This document shows positions 44,027 to 60,289 of a DNA stretch of 64,000 nucleotides, one piece after another (within the stretch, counting starts at the first letter, position 1; each line of letters starts with the position of its first letter). The notes under the pieces were generated by a model, which had not been told where the DNA came from, did not search any database, and saw only the letters and a program-made list of their open reading frames with translations. The stretch is from the human T2T-CHM13v2.0 reference genome, Homo sapiens: NCBI RefSeq assembly GCF_009914755.1, contig NC_060936.1; one strand, written 5' to 3'. A program made the position numbers and the translations under genes.

Positions 44027-44515
44027 TGCAGTGGGATAATTTAGGAATCAGAGAGACTGAGGGGTTGAGGAGGATTTATTATTATTTAGGTGCACCCATC
44101 CAGTCGGATTACCATACAAAGGACTGAGCCCTGAACAAAGAGTCAGGTTACCTTTTAAGCATTTTGTGGGGTGGGGGGAGATCTGTGCAGGGGGAAGCAT
44201 ATTGCAGAATCAAGAAACAAAGGCAGTTATTTAATTGAGACATGCGTTACATTATTTCTTATTTTTCAAGGAAAAACATGTTTTACGACTTGGGTTTATC
44301 TGTCTAGTGACCTTGCAGCTGCACAGCTAGAGAAACAGGGTCTTCACAATGCCTGGGAAAGGGAGAGATAAGGCTCAATAGCCACAGGCAGAAAAACAGG
44401 GAGTTAATTTTTAAAGGACTCCACCTCTTTCTCTTTCTCAGGGGGAATTGGGTTTTCTTACATACAACTGAGTTTTTGCTTACACATTCATTAATTTCTT
44501 TTAATTCCTGTTCCA
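44027..44515 (-). mobile_element. ERV1 solo LTR (LTR15-like)
   Basis: TG...CA termini. The minus strand starts TGGAACAGGAATTAAAAGAAATTAA. 4-bp flanks gctc/ggtc. Confidence 0.75.
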
Positions 44516-44996
44516 GGTCCACAAAAGATACAGGTACAATTAGAGGGAAAAGGGCTCAGAGAAGTTATCCCACCCTTTTCCTTCTTAGGTAGGAAGAGAC
44601 CAAGGATGTCACTGCTGTCCTTGAGTTTTCTGGGAATCCTGGGGGCTGGGGCCCTGTCTACAAAGGACAGAGGAAGAAGCCCTCCCTGAAACTCTGGTCA
44701 GTCAACTGGTCAGTCAATCCTCTGCCTGTCTTGGTAACTCTCTGTGCCAGGCTCCATGGTGGGAGAGAGCAGTGAGGAAACACGGAAACGCTAGAATCAG
44801 GACACCCACTCAGAGTGACATTGAGGCCTTTTCTCACCTGATTAAAACTTCTTTTAGCCTCATTTCCCAACCCTATTCCCTCCATCCACTGCTTTCATTC
44901 AAGGCACATCCAACTGTTCCTGAACATTCCAAGATGTTCCCATCTCCTTGCCTTTATTTATCCTACTCCCTGTGTCTGGAATGCTCTTCCCACCCT

Positions 44997-45200
44997 TCTC
45001 TCTTGTCAAAAGGCTCTCTGTTCTTAAGGCCTTGCATAGAAGACATCTCCTGTGTGGATTCTCCACGCCTCCCAGGCCTGAGTTAATTATTTCCTTTCCT
45101 TTCTCTTGTCAAAATGCTATCTGTTCTTAAGGCCTTGCATAAAAGACATCTCCTGTGTGGATTCTCCACGCCTCCTAGGCTTGAGTTAATTATTTCCTTT
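44997..45200. repeat. 103-bp tandem duplication with few mismatches
   Basis: cttgtcaaaa at 45002/45105. gacatctcctgtgtggattctccacgcctcc and tgagttaattatttccttt are present in both units. Confidence 0.95.
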
Positions 45201-45619
45201 TGACACTCATGCACTCTTCAGTGCAGCACTGAGCTCTGCAATTGGCTTGTGTGTGTGTATGTGTGTGTGTTTGCATGTGTGTTGACCTGTGTTGTAGACA
45301 CTGTGCTCCTTGAGGGCAAGAATATTTGTGTACAATTCTGGCATGTAGTAGGTGTTGAACAAATATGTCTTGAAATGAAAATAATTTTTGCTCAACGATG
45401 TCCTGAGGGGATATAGAAATATGCAGGAAGTAGAGGGGCTTGGAGCTGTAGAGGAATCTCAGAAGGGCCGGTTGATGTTGGAGGAATAGAAGAGCTCATT
45501 GGTGGTAATGCAGAGAGGGAGGGACATCTTGTATATGTGAAATTATTGAAAGTTAAATGATACAATTCTTGTTCTTGAGGTTATTTGCGCACTTTTAGGC
45601 TGGTAATTGAGATAAGGCC

Positions 45620-45650
<31 letters not shown>

Positions 45651-45702
45651 ATATGTATGTCTGCAAATGAGAGAGAGAGAGAGAAACACACACACACACA
45701 CA
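45620..45702. repeat. Compound (TG)n-(AG)n-(CA)n microsatellite
   Basis: Directly visible. Confidence 0.9.
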
Positions 45703-45785
45703 GAGAAGACTATCAGGAAAGGATAGGGGAAGACCATGAGTTGAAGTATGTAGCCTTTCTTCAAGCCAATACTGGCTATGACTAA

Positions 45786-46268
45786 TGTGGTAGGCAGAAA
45801 AATGCTCCCCCCACTCCAAGATGTCCACATCCTAATCCCGAGAACCTGTGATTATGTTATGTTACATAGCAAGGGGGAATTAAAGTTGCACATGGGATTC
45901 AGTTTGCTAATCTAACTGACATTGAGATAGGGGATTATCCAGGATTATGTGGGTAATCACAAAGGTCCTTCTGAGTAAGAGAGGGAGGCAGAGGGTCAGA
46001 GTCAGAGAAGGAGATGGGAAGCATAGTCTAGAGTGATGTGATGTGATTGCCAGCTTTGAAGAAGGAAGCGGGGCCATGAGCTAAGGAAAAGGCAAGGAAA
46101 TGGATTCTCCTCCAGAGCCTGGAGAAGGAATACAGCTCTGCTGATGCCTTGATTTTAGCTCTGTGAGACCCATTTCAGACATCTGATCTTTAGAATGGGG
46201 AGGTCTGTGTTGTTTTATTAAGCTGCTAAGTTAGCGGTAATTTGCTAAGCAGCAATAGGAAATGTACA
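45786..46268 (+). mobile_element. MLT1D-type MaLR LTR
   Basis: TGTGGTAGGCAGAA start and gcagcaataggaaatgtaca end. Confidence 0.8.
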
Positions 46269-47726
46269 GGGAGGCAGATCTTTTTGGCAGGCTATTTTGT
46301 CCAGCAGCATCTCCCTCAGTGAGATTCTCCTCCCAGGGCAAAGCCCTAAGCAGCTCTAAGTTTTGAGCTAATATGGGAGGGCAATTCTGTGACAGGCCCT
46401 CATGTGCCCGGCTGGCTCATGGTAAAGACGGTGGGAAAGGAGAGCATATTAACAGGAATAGAGTGCAGCATCTACGTAAGTGCTTAGGACTTGATGAAGA
46501 CTCATACATGAGGACAGAGTACTACCATGTATCTAATTCCCTTTCCCTGGGTGCATTTCTTGGTGTGACTTGGAGTCACTGGGTGATCCAGGAAGAGATC
46601 TTACTTTTTGAACCTCAAAGTCCTCATTTGTAAATAAAGGGGCTGAATCAGATTTTTCTCAGGCCACTGGCAGCTCAGACCCTAGCTTTGCCCTTCACTC
46701 ACTCAGTGTCGCCTTTACCCCACCCACCCTTTTATTATCTTGCCTATGACATACTGATGCCATGGGGCCCAGAGACTTCTCTCTGGGGTGTGTGCCCTGC
46801 ACAGACACCTTTCCTCAAACCCCTGGCTCCTCATTATCCTGGGAGAAAATCTTTGTACAGAATAATTGTCACAAACTATGTGTTTTTACCATATTCCCCA
46901 GATTCCAAAAGATGGTACTTCTGATGCAGAGGCTGCTTGCTGCTGGGGTGGAAGAGGGGAAGTACTGTATGGAGAGACCTCTCCAGCTTTTTCAGTGTTG
47001 ATTTTTGCTGTAAATAATTGGTCCTAGCTTATACAGAACAGCAGAGGGTGCTGTTGGACAACTAAATTTTGAGATGTTAGCTGAATGCCTGTGTGAATTT
47101 CATTTTTGATGATTCTGTGACAGGTATTTAAAACTGATTACAATTAATCTAGTTTGTGAAATAATTCAAATAAATACACAAGAATATAATAATATATTGA
47201 ATACCCATGTGACGAACCTACTACTAGATCAAATTTTAATTGTGTATTTAACATTTTTAAAAAAGAAACAGCACAGTATTAATTTACCCTAGAATCCTCT
47301 CTTTCCACTCAGAACTACCCACTTTCATTAGTGTTTAATCTCGCCTTTCATGCTTTTAGTTTTTGTTACGTAACCATGTATCCATTAGTTATAATGGATA
47401 CATTATAGTATCCATTATAACTATATATATAATAGTTATATATACTATATATATATAATATATAATCCCATATATATTATACGGGATTGCTTTGCAGATT
47501 TAAAATTTTATATAAATGGTCTCACACTTTCATTTTCTTCTGAAACTCGTTTCCCTCCCCGCTACTCTACAGTATACTTCTGAGCTTTATTTTTGGTGCT
47601 AAGTGTATCTCTAGTTCATTTATTTAAACTTCTGTGCAATATTCTGTTGTATGAACATAGCTGACTTATCTATTCCTCAGTTGACAAATTTTTGGTTTTC
47701 TATTTCTTTCTCTTATTAAAAATACA

Positions 47727-48030
47727 GGCTGGGCACAGTGCCTCACGTTTGTAATCCCAGCACTTTGGGAGGGGATCGCTTGAGGCCTGGAGTTCTAGTC
47801 CAGCCTGGACAACATAGTGAGACCCCCATCTTCACTAAAAATAATAATAAAAAAAAATAGCTGGGAGTGGTGGTGCATGCCTGTGGTCCCAGCTACTTGG
47901 GAGACTGAGGTGGGAGGTTCGCTTAAGCCCAGGAAGTCAAGGTTACAGTGAACTGTGTTTGTGCCACTGCACTCCAGCCTGGGCAACAGAGAGAGACCCT
48001 GTCTCAAAAAAAAAAAAAAAAACAAAAAAA
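47727..48030 (+). mobile_element. AluJ-type SINE
   Basis: Sense dimer with a small left-arm deletion and an A tail, lying within an old antisense L1ME. Confidence 0.9.
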
Positions 48031-48712
48031 CCAGCAAGAATGTTTTTGTTCTTACCTGTTGTGTACATAAGATAGAGTTGTGGGACTGTGTGATATGAAC
48101 ATCTTCAACTTTAGTACACATTGCCAAGTTGTTCTCCAAATGATTGGGCCAAATGCTCAGCAGCGGTGGTGTACAAAATGTATTTGATTTTTCCCATTTG
48201 CTCCAACACTTGCTATAATCAGACAAAAATTTTGCAAATACAATAAATATGAAAATGGTTTCTCCATGTTTTAACTTGCATTCCTCTAATTTTCAGTGAG
48301 ATTGAGCTTCTTTTCATAGGCCTATTGTCATTAGCATTTATTCTTTGAATTTCATTTTACTCTTTTTTGCTCATTTTTCTATTCTCACTTGACTTTGCTT
48401 TAATTTATTAGGTTATTAAAGTTTTCTATAATATTCTGACTACTATTCCTTAGGTATATGAGTTGAAAGTATCTTCTATGTCTGTTTCTTGTCTCTTAGA
48501 TTTATTTATGGTGACAGTTTTGGTTAGTTTTAAGTTTTAACGCAGTCATATTCATCAGAATGTATCTGTATAATTTGGGCTTTTTGAGCCTTGTTTAGGG
48601 CTTCTCTACCCCTATATGTTATAGAAATATTATTGTATATATTTCTAAAGGTTTAAACATTTTATTTTTCACATTTAAGGCTTTAATCTACCTGGATTAA
48701 AGTAGGCATATA

Positions 48713-48988
48713 GTTTTATTTTATTTTATTTTTTAAAATTTTACTTTAAGTTCTGGGGTACATGTGCAGAACGTACAGGTTTGTAACATAGGTATACATG
48801 TGCCATGGTGGTTTGCTGCACCTATCAACCCTTCATCTGGGTTTTAAGCCCCGCATGCATTAGGTATTTGTCCTAATGCTGTCCCTCCCCTTGACCCCCC
48901 ATCCCCAACAGGCCCTGGTGTGTGATGTTCCCCTCCCTGTGTCCATGTGTTCTCATTGTTCACCTCCCGCTTATGAGTGAGAACGTGA
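48713..48988 (-). mobile_element. L1PA (about PA8) 3' terminal fragment
   Basis: ttactttaagttctggggtacatgtgcagaacg...cttatgagtgagaac. Confidence 0.9.
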
Positions 48989-49142
48989 GTGGTTTATTTA
49001 CACGTGGACAATCAGTTGCTCTGAAGCCACTTATGAAATAGTTCCTCTTTCCTCAGTAATCTGCGATGTCATCTTCGGCGTATCTCAAGTTTCCTTATAT
49101 GCAAAAATATGTTTCTGGGATCTCTATTCTATTCTATTAGAC

Positions 49143-49328
49143 CAGAGTTTTTCAACCTTGGTAATATTGACATCTGGGACTGGATGATTCTTTCTTATGG
49201 GACACTGTCCTCAGTACTGCAGAATGTTTAGCAGCGTCCCTGGCTTCTCCTCACTAGATGCCAGCAGTATCTCAGTTGTGACTATCAAAAATGTCTCCAG
49301 ACATTTCCCTTAGCTGAAAATTGCATTA
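49143..49328. mobile_element. MER20 (hAT-Charlie MITE)
   Basis: tcaaccttggtaatattgacat...gtttagcagcgtccctggc...cactagatgccag...aaaaatgtctccagacatt. Confidence 0.8.
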
Positions 49329-49935
49329 GGCTAATTATCAATCCCTACACCAGTACTAGAGTCTATCTTTTCCCGTCCATTTATTTTTCAGAAATATGTT
49401 CAGTCCCATAGAAGGAAGGAAAGGACAACAAGAAAGCAAAGAGAAAACATTACAAATAAAAGGCAAACTTAGATGGAAGAAATAAATCCAAATATGGTAG
49501 TCACGAACATGCAAAAATTAAACTGAACAGTTAAAATGCTAGGGAGTCTCATATTGGTTATAAAACCAAAATTTTTCATATCATTAAAAAGAAACACAAC
49601 TGAAAGCATAGTGACACAGAATGCTGAAAGTAAAGAGAAGGAATTAATATCCCAAGGAAATCTGTAGCTATGTTAATATCAGGCAAATGGAATATTAGAT
49701 ACAAGGGACTATTAAGATAATGTGGGGTGTTCCTTACGAGGAAAAAATACCTTACCCAAAAGACGCTAAATCTGTTTGTGCCAAATCATGTTTCGTCCAC
49801 TGGATCTGTCCTTCATGACTTTTTCTTTGTATTTCTTTTTATCTTTTATACTGCAATTCAGAAGAACTTCTCACCTTGCTATTTCAGTTCACTAGTTTTG
49901 ATTTTAATTTTATCCATTTTGCCATTCAGACCATC

Positions 49936-50651
49936 TTCTTTTCTTTTCTTTTTTTTTTAACTTTTATTTTAGGTTTAAGGGTACAGGTGCAGGTTTGATA
50001 TACAGGTAAACTGTGTGTAATGTGGGTTTGGTGTACAGATCATTTATTACCCAGGTAATAAGCATAGTACCTGGTAGGTATTTCTGAACCTCTTCTTCCT
50101 CCCACCCTTCACTCTCAAGTAGGCCGCAGTGTCTGATGTTCCTCTTCTAAGAGCCAGATGTTCTGGTTGTTTAGCTCCCACTTATGAGTGAAAACATGTG
50201 GTATTTGATTTTCTGTTCCTGTGTTTGTTTGCTTAGGATAATGGCCTCCAGCTGTATCCATTTTGCTGCAAATGGTAAGATCTTCTTCTTTTCTATGACT
50301 GTGTAATATTCCATGATGTGTATGTACCACGTTTTCTTTATCCAATCTACCATTGATGGGCATTTAGGTTGATTCCATGTCTTTTTTTATTGTGAATAGT
50401 GTTACTTTGAACGTACGCATGCATGTGTCTTTATGGTAGAACAATTCATTATTGGGTATATACCCAATAATGGGATTGTTGGGTCAAGTGGTAATTCTGT
50501 TTTAAGTTTTTGTGGAATTGCCACACTGCTTTCCACAATGGCTGAATTAATTTACACTCCCACCAGGAATGCATAAGTGTTCCCTTTCCTCCACAACCTT
50601 GCCAGCATCTGTTATTTTTTGACTTTAATATAATAGCCATTGTGACTGGCG
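49936..50651 (-). mobile_element. Older L1PA (about PA15-16) 3' fragment
   Basis: Antisense ORF2 C-terminus (ORFs 50171-50353, 50449-50640) and 3' UTR with T tail. Confidence 0.85.
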
Positions 50652-51980
50652 TCTTTTCAATGAGCCTAATAAACTCTTGAATATTGCTGAGGCTTGAATA
50701 TTGCTCTGTTTATTTTGTGTTCTCAGTGGTTAGTTTTCTTTTTTAATGCTTAGTATCTCTCCTAATGTTGGTTTCTCCCAAATGTTTGGTTAGTTTTCAG
50801 TTGTTGCATATCTGAATTTGAAAATCTGAGCTTGCTTATTCTGTTACTGTCGTCTACCTCTAGTGATGGTGGATAATTTCTCACTGTGGGAGCTCCTCAT
50901 CCTTCCTGTGAAAGGCAATGCCCCTAAGCCCATTGTCCACACACATCACTGCCCAGTGCACTGGAGAAATAGAAGGGAGATCAGCTGTTTAAATGACCTG
51001 AATGTAGTTTCTCACTGATCATGCTAATGAATGCTCTTGAAGCTCACATTCCATATATCCATTGACTTTGGACTTAGTCTCCTCAAACTGCTCCTTCCTC
51101 ATCGCTATCTTTGCTCCTTCCTCATTGCTTCTCCTTGCCCTGCTTCAGGCATAGTTTTGTCTCATTTTGTTCCTCGATTTTCCCGATCCTCTCTGCTTTC
51201 TATTTTTTAAGATTCCTTAAAAATACTGGCAGTGCTTATTCTGGTCCCCAAATTATTATGAAGATATTCTGGTTTCTTTTGTCCTTTATGTTATTTCTCC
51301 GAGGCTGGGGTGGGAAGGAGAGTGATGCTTGTGCTTAATTTGCCATCTTTATTTACTCATTTATTGCCTTATATTTACATATACTGTGTAATTACAATCC
51401 AGACTTTTTATTTAGCAGAGTATAAATTTCCAAGTGTATTATTTGAATCTCACATAATGAGAATATATTTATGTCACCTGTATATTAAAAGAGAAGAAAT
51501 GAATGGCAGTGAGAACATTATCTGTCAAAACTTATGGCTGAAGTGGTGTCTGACCAGAGAAGGCTTTGAAATGCATTAGCTATTAAATAAAAAACAATAA
51601 AAAGAAAAGATCTAGTTTAGAGAAAGAATAACAAAATAAACTTAAGGAATGTAGAATAGAAGAAGATAAATGATAGATTAATAGATCAGAATACAGATAA
51701 AGAGGAGAAATAATAAATAAATTCAAATATTTTAAAAAGACCAATAAAATTAATCGATAGAAATGGCAAAAGACCAAACACCTATTAATGAAAATTAGAT
51801 ACAAATATAACCATAGATACAGAACTTGAAATAAGATTACTCTTGGCTAATATATCTTAAAATCTCAAAATAATAAATACTACTTTCTATGAAAATATGA
51901 ATACTTAACATTTGCTCTGAATAATTAAGAATACAAATAGACAAATAATTATAGAAAATGTTTTAAAATTTGTCATCATC

Positions 51981-52355
<375 letters not shown>

Positions 52356-52629
52356 TTACTGTCTAGTTCAATTAACCGTCTAAGAATGAGAGTATACTTC
52401 TGGTATTTAAATGATTTCAGAACATTGAAAAGATGAAAAATTCCAAATTTCTTTTTTGTGAAGCTAATGTAACTATTGTACTGAAACTTAAGTAAAAATA
52501 CAAACATTAAGATCAATCCTACTTATGAAGAACAATACAAAATTCTAATTACCATACACGGTAATGTCAAATCTAATTTAGAAACAAATTATGAGGACAA
52601 CACATGATTTATGACCACCAAGGATGCTT

Positions 52630-53085
52630 CCCCCATCCAGCTTCACTGAGGTATAATTGACAAATAAAAATGTATATATTTAAGGTATACAACATGATGA
52701 TTTGATATATGTATGCATTGTAAAGTGATTACTGCAATAAATTGACACATTCATCACCTCACACAGTTACCATTTTTTTTTTTATGGTGAGAACACTTCA
52801 GATCTACTCTCTTAGCAAATTTCAAGTATACAATACAGTATAATTAACCATAGTCACCATGCTGTACATTAGAGTCCCTAGAATTATTCATTTTATAACT
52901 CAAAGTTTGTGCCCTTTGACCAACATCTCCCCATTTCTCCCACCCCTAGCCCTTGGCAACCACCGTTCTATTGTCTGCTTCTATGAATTTGACTTTTTAA
53001 GATTACGCATATAAGTGAGATCATATAGTATTTGTCTTTCTCTGTCTGGCTTATTTCACTTAGCGTAATGTCCTCCAAGTTCGTT
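52630..53085 (-). mobile_element. L1MA-type 3' fragment inserted in an older sense L1
   Basis: gaggtataattgacaaataaaaatgtatatatttaagg... TSD caaggatgctt (52619-52629) / caaagatgctt (53086-53096). Confidence 0.8.
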
Positions 53086-53326
53086 CAAAGATGCTTTTTA
53101 AAAGAAGTATAGCAACGGGTTAAGATTATAATTTTTAACATTAAATTTAACACATCACAAAGCAAATGGAGAAATGTCATATGATCATTGTGATAGATCT
53201 ATAATTGACATTTGTAAAATAAAATAAAAATTTAAATTAAAAATTCATTTCTGTTAAAAACTTTTTGTATGCTTGAAACAGAATCAAACTGTCATATTCA
53301 ATAACGTAAATTAAAATGTGTTAACT

Positions 53327-53469
53327 TTTTTTTTTTTTGAAATTGAGTCTTGCTTTGTCACCCAGGTTGGAATGCAGTGGCACGATCTTGGCTCACTGCA
53401 GCCTCAACCACTCAGGCTCAAGTGATCCACCTGCCCCGGCCTCCTGAGTGGCTGAAACTATGGGCACCT
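53327..53469 (-). mobile_element. AluJ/FRAM-like right-arm fragment
   Basis: Poly-T followed by an antisense right arm. Confidence 0.8.
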
Positions 53470-53502
53470 ATTTTTAAACGATAAAGTGCTCATAAATTGT
53501 AC

Positions 53503-54347
<845 letters not shown>

Positions 54348-54692
54348 TAAGTCAGTGAGAAGAAGTTGATGAATCTAACAGAAAATTGTGCTAAGGATAT
54401 GATCAAATAATTCATAAGAGAATCCAAATGGCCAAATAACTGAAAAAGTTCAGCTTTGCTAGGGAGTAAAGAAATGCAAATTTAAAAAATGGAATATTAC
54501 CATTACCTATTATTACCTTTGCCTAAATACTACCTTTGTCTATTATTTTTGCCTGTTGGTGAAGGTGGAAAAAAATAAAATTTGGTGGGATTCTGGAGAA
54601 ATTGGGAACACACACACCATGTTAAATGATTGTAAATGTGTTGGTGTACCTTAAAATTGTTAAAAAGACATATATATGCATGTATAGTATAT

Positions 54693-55145
54693 TGTATTAG
54701 TCAGGGTTCTCTAGAGGGACAGAACTAATAGGCTAGATGTATATATAAAGGGGAGTTTATTAAGGAGTATTGACGTGCACAATCACGAGGTGAGGCCCTA
54801 CAGTAAGCCATCTGCCAGCCAAGGAGCAAGGAAGTCAGTCTGAGTCCCAAAGCTGAAGAACTTGGAGTCCAACGTTTGGGAGCAGAAAGCACCCAGCATG
54901 AGAGAAAGATGTAGGCCAGAGGACTAAACCAGTCTAGTCTTCTCATGTCCTTCCTCCTGCTTTTATTCTGGCCATGCTGGCAGCTGATTAGATTGTGCCC
55001 AGTCAAATTGAGGGTGGATCTGCCTTTCCCAGTCCACTGACTGAAATGTTAATCTCCTTTGGTAACACCCACACAGACACACCCAGAAACAATACTTTGC
55101 CATTCTTCAATCCAATAAAGTTGACACTCAATATTAACATTATAC

Positions 55146-55146
<1 letters not shown>
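54693..55146 (-). mobile_element. MLT2A-type (HERV-L) solo LTR
   Basis: tgtattagtcagggttctctagagggacagaactaatagg...aagttgacactcaatattaac. Confidence 0.85.
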
Positions 55147-55212
<66 letters not shown>

Positions 55213-55256
55213 ATCTATCTATCTATCATCTATCTATCTATATCTATCTATATCTA

Positions 55257-55314
<58 letters not shown>
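55147..55314. repeat. Compound (TCTA)n/(TCTATA)n tetranucleotide STR
   Basis: Directly visible, about 170 bp. Confidence 0.95.
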
Positions 55315-55315
<1 letters not shown>

Positions 55316-56249
55316 GTAGTTGGGCAAGATACAATTTTGTTGCTTCTATCCATTGTGGAATTATCCATAATGGGATAATTTATTTATCCATTTCTCAAGT
55401 GATGGTTACCAGGTTTGATTCCAACTTTTTGGATTGGGATTAGTCAGTTTTAGGATGTATGCATATTTAATATCACCTCAGATTGCCAGACTTCTTCCAA
55501 AATAGTAGAACCAGTTTATGCCCCCTAGCAACAGCTGATGAGAATTCTCTTTCTCCACATATCCTCATCAATACAGAATATACAAACATTTGGTTTTATC
55601 TACTTTTCTATTTTTTTTTTTGCGAAATTAATGATGGTAAGATGGTATCTCATTGCATTTCTGTTACTAAAAAGTTTAGAATATCTATTTATACTTATTA
55701 GTCATTTGTGTTCCTCTTTCTGTGAATTACATATCCTTTGCCCATATCATTTATGGAATTTCATATCCTTTATTATATCTTGTTTTGTTGATATAATAAA
55801 AATCAGCTAAGATTTATTGAATATTTTCTATGTGCTAGAGCAACACTCCTCTAAGTAATTTTGTACTCACAATAACCTTATGAGATAGGTATTATTATTG
55901 CTATCTTCATATTATTGGTGAAGAAAATGTGACCAGAAAGGTAAAACAAGGTGTTCTAAATTAAACGGCTAGTAAGTTTTGGAACTGGGGTTATACAAGT
56001 GCTCTTTTATATATTACATATTAATCTCTCATTTTTATATATTGTAGATGTATTTTTGAGTCAGTCATTTGTCTGACATCCTTTTCTGAATACAAACCCT
56101 TAATTTCTATAAACCAAACTCATTCTTTTTTGCCTTAACTTTTGTACTTATTGGGTCGTTTATAAGATGTTCTTTCCGACTTCTAGTAAAAAAGAAATTC
56201 TCACCTATGATTCTCTTTTATTGGCTTTATTTTTTGTTTAGTTCTTCCA

Positions 56250-56615
56250 AAAATTTTAATTGACAAATAATAATTCTGTAGATTTATTGGGTACAATGTG
56301 ATGTTTTGATGTATGTACGCAATGCAGAATGGTTAAATCAAGCTAGTTAACATCCACCATATCTCTTACTTATCTTTTTTTTTTGTGCTGAAACATTTGA
56401 AATCTACTTTCTTAGAAAATTTGAAATATGCAATACATTATTGTTAACTATAGTCACCATAGTTGTACAATATCAAAAACATTCCTCCTGTCTGACTGAA
56501 ATTTTGTACAATGTTGGTCAATATCTCCCCTTTCCCCATCCTCTCCTCCCTCCCCCCGTAACCACCATTCTACTCTATACTTCCATGAATTTGACCTTTT
56601 CAATCCCACATATAA
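56250..56615 (-). mobile_element. L1MA-type 3' fragment within an older antisense L1ME
   Basis: ttttaattgacaaataataatt...gggtacaatgtgatgttttga...aaccaccattctactct. Confidence 0.75.
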
Positions 56616-58359
56616 ATGATTCTATTGGCTTTGTAGTTTTGGCTTTCACATTTAGAACTTAATTTTTCTGGAGTCCACTTGCATCATGTATATACAGAGT
56701 AATTTATCAGTTATCTCCACACAGTGAGACAGTTTTTGTTATACTCTCTACAAATCTATGCTTTCTCCTTTTATTTGTAGAATATTAAATTTGGATCTAT
56801 TTCTTAACTTTTTAGTCGCTTGCATTGGTTTATTATTTTCTATGCTGATACCATGCTGTTTAGTTTATGTGGCTCTGTGGCATGTCTTAATCTCTGAAAA
56901 ACTGAACGTCCACTCCTATGTTTTGTTTTCCAAAATGTTGTTAGCTATCTATAAACCTTTATTCTTCCATATAAATTTTAGAGTAACTGTATCAAGTTCC
57001 TAAACTTATCCAGCTAGATTCTATCAAGAAAATATCATATTTATAGATTAATTTAGAGAAAACTGCTATCTTTACTATGTTGAATCATTATATCATAACC
57101 ATGGTACACTTCCATTTTAAACTTTCTTTTATACCTTTTAATATCTTTTTTTGAACCAAAATGGTCTTGTCTTTCTTTAATAGGTCAATTCTTCAATATT
57201 TTATAAATTTTGTTGCTATTGTGAATGATGTCCTTTTTTTCCTGGTTGGTTATCGACATTATAGAGAAACACACTTGAGCCTTGTAAATTTTTTATTTGT
57301 GAACTTTTCTAAATTCCTTTGTGATTTCTTATAGTTTATCTGTTTTTTATGTTTTCTTGTGTTGCTGATAATATTATCTGAAAAATATATTTCTTTATTT
57401 TGCTTGTTATTTGCATTTAATTTCTTCTTTATTACTTGCCTGCCCTCTTAGTATATTATCTGCATGAGACCAAAGACTTTGTTCTGCTGCATCCCCAGTG
57501 CCTAGGATACTCTGTTAATATAGTATATGCTTAGTACATTTTGTGGAATGAGGAAGTAATGGCAGTTGTTAGCTATATTGCATTATGTTCATTACACATT
57601 ACTGTTTTAAAAAACTTACACTACAGTGTTGCCCAGGAATTGTAGAACTATATTAGATCATAAAGGTGATTCTGGGAATCATTTTCTCGCTCCCAATCTT
57701 ATGTAAAATGCTTTTAACAGTTCTCCATTATTGTGATGATTTTGGTTGATTTTTTGTTATATAGCTTTTTCATTCCCATTTTTACTCTCTGAGAGTTGAT
57801 TTGTTTGTTTATTTCTTAAATTTATGGAATCATACTTTAACAACACAGGGTCAGCTCCTTCTCGGACAACCTAAGGACACTTCCACCTTCTAATATCACC
57901 TCATCCTAAGAGTCTAAAGGTGAATCCCTAATTGCCAAGTGAAAGTGTCAGACAATGAGGGTAATTGGCAGTGGTTCTTTGGTATTTTACGTTTTCTACC
58001 CTGAGGATTAATTTTTTCCACTCTGCATAAATGAACCTGAGGGGACACAGACACCCAAGGTTTTTGATGTAAGCAACTGAAAGGATGGACACAAGCAACT
58101 GAGATGAGAAAAGCTGTGGGTTTGCAGAAGATCAAAAAATTAGTTTTGGATAATTAATTAGAAATGTCTATTAGAAGTTTAATATTTAATAGTTTAATTA
58201 AAGATCTTTATTAGGTGTCAAGTAGGCAGCTCAATATGCATAATGGAACTTGGCTTTTTGCTTAACCTGTGTCGAGGGCAAATAACTCTTTTAATGAGTT
58301 TTTCGCTAAAGAAGAAGGAAGAAATGGTGTAGACATATTTTTTCTTCCTTTAGTCCTAA

Positions 58360-60083
<1,724 letters not shown>

Positions 60084-60273
60084 TCTTGCCTTTAAAAACC
60101 CTTACCTGTGTGCCATCAGGGAGTTTGGGTTTTAAGCAGCATGAGCTGTTCTGATTCTCCTTGCTTGGTGTCTTGCAAATAAATGGCTCCCTTTCTACTG
60201 CTGCAATAACCTTTTTGTGGATATCTGGACTTAACTGCACTGGGCAAATGGAACCTAGTTTGGTTCTATAACA
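60084..60273 (+). mobile_element. 3' part of an ERV1-class LTR (MER34/MER39-like)
   Basis: tttaaaaa TATA-like element, AATAAA at 60178-60183, end gaacctagtttggttctataaca. The 5' part is absent. Confidence 0.5.
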
Positions 60274-60289
60274 ATATCTAGTAGGCAGC

